The notes beneath the pieces are model-generated. The model was not told where the DNA came from and made no database searches. It saw only the letters and a program-made list of their open reading frames with translations. A program made the position numbers and the translations under genes. Below, piece by piece: positions 59,257-64,000 of a DNA stretch of 64,000 nt. Each line of letters begins with the position of its first letter. The first letter of the stretch is position 1. The stretch is taken from NCBI GenBank assembly GCA_963740315.1, contig CAVUDP010000002.1:2368001-2432000 (forward strand), written 5' to 3'. The DNA is from an uncultured cyanobacterium (GTDB lineage Bacteria > Cyanobacteriota > Cyanobacteriia > Cyanobacteriales > Nostocaceae).

Positions 59257-59418
59257 TTATTTACTCCGAGTCGAATCTTCAACAACCTCTACTATAGGAA
59301 GTCTACGCAATTTCTTACGGCGATTTCCTATTCTTTCGTGATTTTCATAAAGATAGTTTTCTAAATCTTCCATACTTACCTGTACGGTTTCTTCATTTTT
59401 TAAATAAACGGTAGGCAT
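59257..59418 (-). CDS. Small hypothetical protein (53 aa)
   Basis: GGGGAG RBS before the ATG at 59418 (MPTVYLK); paralogue adjacent. Confidence 0.75.
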   Translation of the reverse strand: MPTVYLKNEETVQVSMEDLENYLYENHERIGNRRKKLRRLPIVEVVEDSTRSK

Positions 59419-59628
59419 TTTATTCTCCCCAGCTATAAGTGATTCTGCTACAAAGTATCCTTTGTTACGCAGCATTGATGTCCTAGTGACACAGACTAGG
59501 AATAAATACATATTAAACTTTTTTATAATTAATTTAACAATTAAACGCTAATATCATATGAAAGCTCAACATTAGCTCTGTTAACGTTGTTTCATTTGTC
59601 CAACTTGCATCAAAAGGCATTAATTTTA

Positions 59629-60156
59629 ATGACAATTTGGAATTCTAATAGTTTTAATTACGCTACGGTAAGACGAATTTTGAATCTATCGCTAACTTCA
59701 GTAATCATAATCGCGATCGCACTACTTATTTTCTTCTCTAACATATCTGTTTCAAACGCCCAAGCGAACACCACAAAGCCGATAGAAGTAGTTTTATTTG
59801 TAGATGGTTTAAATTTACTTCGTCCCGAAGCTTTATTAGACAAAAGTTTAAAAACTGGTGGAAAAACCGGCTTAACAATCGATAACAAACCCTCCGGTGA
59901 AATGTCGGTAAAATCTGTCAAGCAGTTACCCATCACTATCAACGTAACTCAACCTGATGGTTCGGTAAAAGAATTACTAGATCCCAGCGTTAAATATAAA
60001 ACAGATTTACTTATAACTTTGACTGGTAAAGCACAAATGCAAAACGCCGGTGCGGTTGTAAATGAAAGCTTAGTTAAAATCGGTAGCCCTGCCTCTATCG
60101 AAGGCTTTGATTATGATATTAATGCTACGATTGTCGATTTAAGAACGGAAGAGTAG
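59629..60156 (+). CDS. DUF4330-like protein
   Basis: N-terminal TM; 'NVTQPDGSVKELLDP...DLLITLTGKA...VKIG' pattern. Confidence 0.7.
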   Translation: MTIWNSNSFNYATVRRILNLSLTSVIIIAIALLIFFSNISVSNAQANTTKPIEVVLFVDGLNLLRPEALLDKSLKTGGKTGLTIDNKPSGEMSVKSVKQLPITINVTQPDGSVKELLDPSVKYKTDLLITLTGKAQMQNAGAVVNESLVKIGSPASIEGFDYDINATIVDLRTEE

Positions 60157-60325
60157 GGGATGGGGAGATGGGGAGATGGGGAGATGGGGGAGAGGGGGAA
60201 GAGGGGGAAGAGGGGGAAGAGGAGGGGGATGGGGAGACAAGGGGATAGGGAGACAATGAAATATTTTTAACTCATAACTTATAACTCCTAACTCCGGTGG
60301 TCCTAACTCCGGTGATCCTAACTCT
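60156..60325. repeat. STRR arrays between convergent genes
   Basis: GGGGAGAT, GGGGGAAGA, TAACTC units with GGTGGTCC inserts. Confidence 0.85.
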
Positions 60326-62942
60326 TAATTCCTAATTCTTTCCCAACTCTTTCGGGTGTCATTGGTAATTGTCGCAATCTTGCACCAGTAGCATGAGCGA
60401 TCGCATTTGCAATTGCTGGTGCGGTACAGTTAGTTGTAATTTCCCCTACACCTTTAGCACCAAATGGTCCGTAAGGATCGGTTTTTTCTACTAAAAATAC
60501 TTCCATTGGTGGCATATCTGCCGCTGTGGGGATGCGATATTCTCGCAATTTGGGATTAATTATTCTTCCTGATTCAAATAACAATTCTTCGGTTAATGCA
60601 TAACCAATTCCCATTGCAATTCCCCCGGTTGCTTGCCCTTCGCAAATTTTGGGATTAATTGCTTTACCCAGATCGATCGCTTGTACGCATCTTAAAACAT
60701 CTACTTTTCCCGTTTCTATATCAACTTCTACTTCCACACCTTGAACTGCAAAAGTTAAAGTTGCTTCATCTGCTGTATAGGTTTCTTCTACTTCGATTAT
60801 CGAGAGCGATCCAATTTTACCCGCTTGAATCTGCTTTAATTTCTCCGCCGCTAACTTAACAGCTTGTCCGGAAATATACATGGTTGCAGAAGCATAAGAA
60901 CCCGCATCAAAAGGTGTTAATTGTGTATCTCCGGAAATAATTTTTATGTCTGCAACCGTTACCCCTAATACTTCTGCGGCGATTTGTCGTAAAGTGGTAT
61001 CGGAACCCGTACCCACGTCAACCGAACCCGTTCTTAACTCGTACCCATCAGCTAAACGCGATAATTTTACGCTAGCAGTGTGGATTTTACATAAACCGCT
61101 TCCCTGCATAGAAACTGCAAAACCAACACCGCGACGACGATTATCTTCTATTAATGGCGGCGTATTCGGTATATAATTTAATGCTTCGATAACTTTAACA
61201 AAACACTCTTCCACTGCATAACTACCAATTAAATTAAAATGCTCGCCACTGTTTCCTAAGCTAACTATATCTCCCGGACGAATTAAATTTTTCTGCCTTA
61301 TTTCTATAACATCAATACCTAATTTATTCGCAATTTCATCAATTTGAGATTCCATTGCAAAAGTGCCTTGAGTTGCACCGTAACCGCGAAATGCACCTCC
61401 AGGCATGGTATTAGTATAAACGGCATAGGCTGTAAATCTTTTGTTATCGCAACGGTATAAACCCAAAGGAATATAACCAGATAAAAATACTACCGTCTTA
61501 CCATGATTGCCGTAAGCACCAGTATTTGCAATGATTTCTAAATCTTGAGCAATAATCGTACCATCTGCTTTAACTCCAGTTTTTAACTTAATTGTCATTG
61601 CATGACGGCTATTTGTAGCGGTAAATTCTTCATTTCTTGTCATCTCCCACTGCACGGGTTTACCAGTACGCAAAGTCGCTAATGCACACAAATCTTCTGT
61701 TAATATTTCTTGCTTATTGCCAAAACCGCCGCCGAGTTGTGGTTTATAAACGCGAATTTTCTCTTTAGGTAAATCAAAAAGTTGCGATAATAATCTTTGA
61801 GTGTGAAACGGTACTTGGGTACTGCTGCGAACAACTAAGATACCATCATCTAAATAAGTTACTGTCACATGAGGTTCTAAATGGACGTGTTGTACTGCTG
61901 GCAAAGTATAAGTATTTTCTACTATTAAATCCGCTTCAGCAAAACATGAATCAACATCTCCCGATTCCAGAAATATCTCACCAGCAATATTACGATCGCG
62001 ATCGGGTATTTGCTGAGATTCGGCTTCATCGTGAATCATAACGCTACCATTCATCGCTTCCACTGGATTGGTAACGTGGGGTAAAATTTCGTAATCAACC
62101 TCAATTAATTCGCAAGCAAGTTGTGCAATATCAACCGACTCAGCCACCACAGCAGCAACTCGATCGCCGATAAAACGTACTTTATTATCTAACAAATAAT
62201 GGTCTAAAGGATCGGGTACGGGTTCCGCGTGTCCGGCAGTGGTGTAAGGTATTCTTGGCACATCTTCGTAAGTAAAGATATCTACCACCCCCCGCAGTGC
62301 TTTCGCCTTGTCAACGCTAATCTTACGGATTCTGGCATGGGCAACCGGCGATCGCAATATTTTCAAATGTAATATTCCGGATTGCAAAATATCCGCAGTG
62401 TAGTATGCTTTACCTGTAACGATTGACGTTCCATCTTGTTTAGGAACGTTTTGTCCGACGGAGTGTGGTGTGATTGCGGGCGTGGCAAGGATGTCACGTC
62501 CATTTGATTTTTGATAAAGCAAAATACTTTCAATTATTGCTTGGTATCCAGTGCAGCGGCAAAGGTTTCCTTTCATATAAGTACGTAATTCTGACGGCGA
62601 CGCTTGGGGAAATTTTGCAGCACTCATAATCATTCCCGGAGTGCAAAACCCGCATTGAAATCCCTGGGCTTGTAAAAACGCTTGCTGTATCGGTGCAAGT
62701 TCGTTATTTGACGATAATCCTTCAATAGTAGTTACAGATTGTTCGTTAATTCGCATCGCCGGGTAAATACAGCTATGCACTGGCGTATCATTAACCCAAA
62801 CAGTACAAGCGCCACAATCACCAGTTTCGCAAACCCGATGTACGCCAAAGTAATTAAGTTGACGAAGCAAGGAAAGAAGGCTGCTTCCAGGATGACAGGT
62901 TGCGGTATGAGTTTGATTATTAACTTTAAATACAGGTTGCAT
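60318..62942 (-). CDS. Xanthine dehydrogenase-family molybdopterin subunit fused to an N-terminal 2x[2Fe-2S] domain
   Basis: CETGDCGAC, QCGFCTPG, NLCRCTGY; GGGFG, AFRGYG, GAKGVGE. Confidence 0.9.
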   Translation of the reverse strand: MQPVFKVNNQTHTATCHPGSSLLSLLRQLNYFGVHRVCETGDCGACTVWVNDTPVHSCIYPAMRINEQSVTTIEGLSSNNELAPIQQAFLQAQGFQCGFCTPGMIMSAAKFPQASPSELRTYMKGNLCRCTGYQAIIESILLYQKSNGRDILATPAITPHSVGQNVPKQDGTSIVTGKAYYTADILQSGILHLKILRSPVAHARIRKISVDKAKALRGVVDIFTYEDVPRIPYTTAGHAEPVPDPLDHYLLDNKVRFIGDRVAAVVAESVDIAQLACELIEVDYEILPHVTNPVEAMNGSVMIHDEAESQQIPDRDRNIAGEIFLESGDVDSCFAEADLIVENTYTLPAVQHVHLEPHVTVTYLDDGILVVRSSTQVPFHTQRLLSQLFDLPKEKIRVYKPQLGGGFGNKQEILTEDLCALATLRTGKPVQWEMTRNEEFTATNSRHAMTIKLKTGVKADGTIIAQDLEIIANTGAYGNHGKTVVFLSGYIPLGLYRCDNKRFTAYAVYTNTMPGGAFRGYGATQGTFAMESQIDEIANKLGIDVIEIRQKNLIRPGDIVSLGNSGEHFNLIGSYAVEECFVKVIEALNYIPNTPPLIEDNRRRGVGFAVSMQGSGLCKIHTASVKLSRLADGYELRTGSVDVGTGSDTTLRQIAAEVLGVTVADIKIISGDTQLTPFDAGSYASATMYISGQAVKLAAEKLKQIQAGKIGSLSIIEVEETYTADEATLTFAVQGVEVEVDIETGKVDVLRCVQAIDLGKAINPKICEGQATGGIAMGIGYALTEELLFESGRIINPKLREYRIPTAADMPPMEVFLVEKTDPYGPFGAKGVGEITTNCTAPAIANAIAHATGARLRQLPMTPERVGKELGIKS

Positions 62943-62978
62943 ATATTAGAAGGGAGTTGGGAGTAGGAAGTAGGGAAT

Positions 62979-63803
62979 CTAAAATTCAAAATTATTTAAA
63001 CAGCGTTTAATTAAAACCTGGGTAATTTCGCGACGATAAACAGCACTAGCCCGATTATCTTCAATAAAATCCATATCCAAAGCAGCTATGTAATTCAAAT
63101 TCGTCTCTAAATCAGCTTCAAATTCTAACAAAACTGGTGCAGCAACACTCGCAGCGATCGCTAACCGCAACTTATTCGCATTATTATAAGCACCCACAAC
63201 AATAGCTAAAGCAGAATCGCTCGCCGCAATTCCAAAGCGTTGATAATTAACAAGCCATTTCATGTTTTCTACAGGAATCAAAACTCGCCGCAATAATTCC
63301 CCAGACTGCAAAACCGTTTGACGGGAACCGATTTGAAAATTTTTCGCTGCAACGATTCGCGATTCTCCGGCTCTATTGCAAATCTCATAACTTGCATCCA
63401 AAGCCACCATAATAGGTGCAAGAGTACCTACCGATAATGCAAGGCAAATATTTCCCCCTACCGTTGCCACATTAACAACTTTTAAGGAAGCAGAAAGAGC
63501 AGATATCGCGCCCTTAAAGCCTTCCACAGCCTTGTATTCAGATAACCAAGGATGCTCTAATAACTTAATTAAAGGACAAGTTGCACCGATCGCTAATAAT
63601 TCCCCTGGATAAAAATTAAAAGAATTTACAACCTCAATTTCATCCCATCCCAAAGACTGTATATCTACCAACGTTTTTATCTGAGGCTGTGGTTCGGAAA
63701 ATAACCAAGTACCTCCAGCCAACCAACTCCAACCTTCACCCCAATCGGTAACATTATTAATATCTGTAGCAATTAAATAATTATCTATATTATGCAAATC
63801 CAT
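62979..63803 (-). CDS. Xanthine dehydrogenase-family FAD-binding subunit
   Basis: WLAGGTW, IGAT, NVATVGGNIC, ASAVYRR. Confidence 0.88.
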   Translation of the reverse strand: MDLHNIDNYLIATDINNVTDWGEGWSWLAGGTWLFSEPQPQIKTLVDIQSLGWDEIEVVNSFNFYPGELLAIGATCPLIKLLEHPWLSEYKAVEGFKGAISALSASLKVVNVATVGGNICLALSVGTLAPIMVALDASYEICNRAGESRIVAAKNFQIGSRQTVLQSGELLRRVLIPVENMKWLVNYQRFGIAASDSALAIVVGAYNNANKLRLAIAASVAAPVLLEFEADLETNLNYIAALDMDFIEDNRASAVYRREITQVLIKRCLNNFEF

Positions 63804-64000
63804 TCTGTTTACTTAATAATAAATGTATTTTTATTTACCAAAACTAACCAGATGACTGGAAATTAGAGAAGCTATATTTAGTATATTAAGAAACAAGGAT
63901 TTTGAACTATTCTCTTGCTGAGCGATCAATTTTTGGTAACTTCAAAACGGCACTAAATCTTGCTCCTCATCCGCTAACCTATAGTTAGTTGCTTTCTCTA

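Noticed and set aside
63942..64000. Possible 3' end of a minus-strand gene (..EKATNYRLADEEQDLVPF*)
   Set aside because: Too short to support without sequence beyond the window.

Overview
AT-rich chromosomal segment of a heterocyst-forming cyanobacterium (Nostocales; Rivularia/Calothrix-like by inference). This assignment rests on frequent HIP1 GCGATCGC sites, heptamer STRR arrays and a heterocyst-glycolipid (hgl) island. The left part (1-28.5 kb) mixes housekeeping and accessory genes: ABC1 kinase end, ABC ATPase, bacterial topoisomerase IB, crtO-like carotenoid enzyme, a frameshifted P450, a type II restriction-modification pair, glcE/glcF, a CBS-PAS-GAF-PAS kinase with a hybrid regulator, NDH-2 and an alanine/serine-glyoxylate aminotransferase. 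It also holds features missed by the ORF track: two decayed toxin-antitoxin modules and a 460-bp ORF-less IS200/IS605-type element (25272-25731). That element has intact cleavage and guide motifs, a candidate internal promoter and a hairpin-dense interior that may encode a TnpB-type guide RNA. The hgl island spans about 28.9-57.0 kb: hglT, a GT2, a truncated hglT paralogue, DUF2141, hgdA/C/B, a ParB-degenerate-methylase fusion, a small ORF, hglE, a membrane-anchored ORF, hglG, a fused hglD-hglC, hglA and hglB, with no hetN/hetI after it. The right end has a P-loop protein, DoxX, ureidoglycolate lyase, two tandem paralogous microproteins, DUF4330 and a xanthine-dehydrogenase-family pair. Several GTAG...CTAC REP-like elements are nested or tandemly amplified. 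No rRNA, tRNA or CRISPR array was seen. All calls come from motif recognition by eye; no searches were run.
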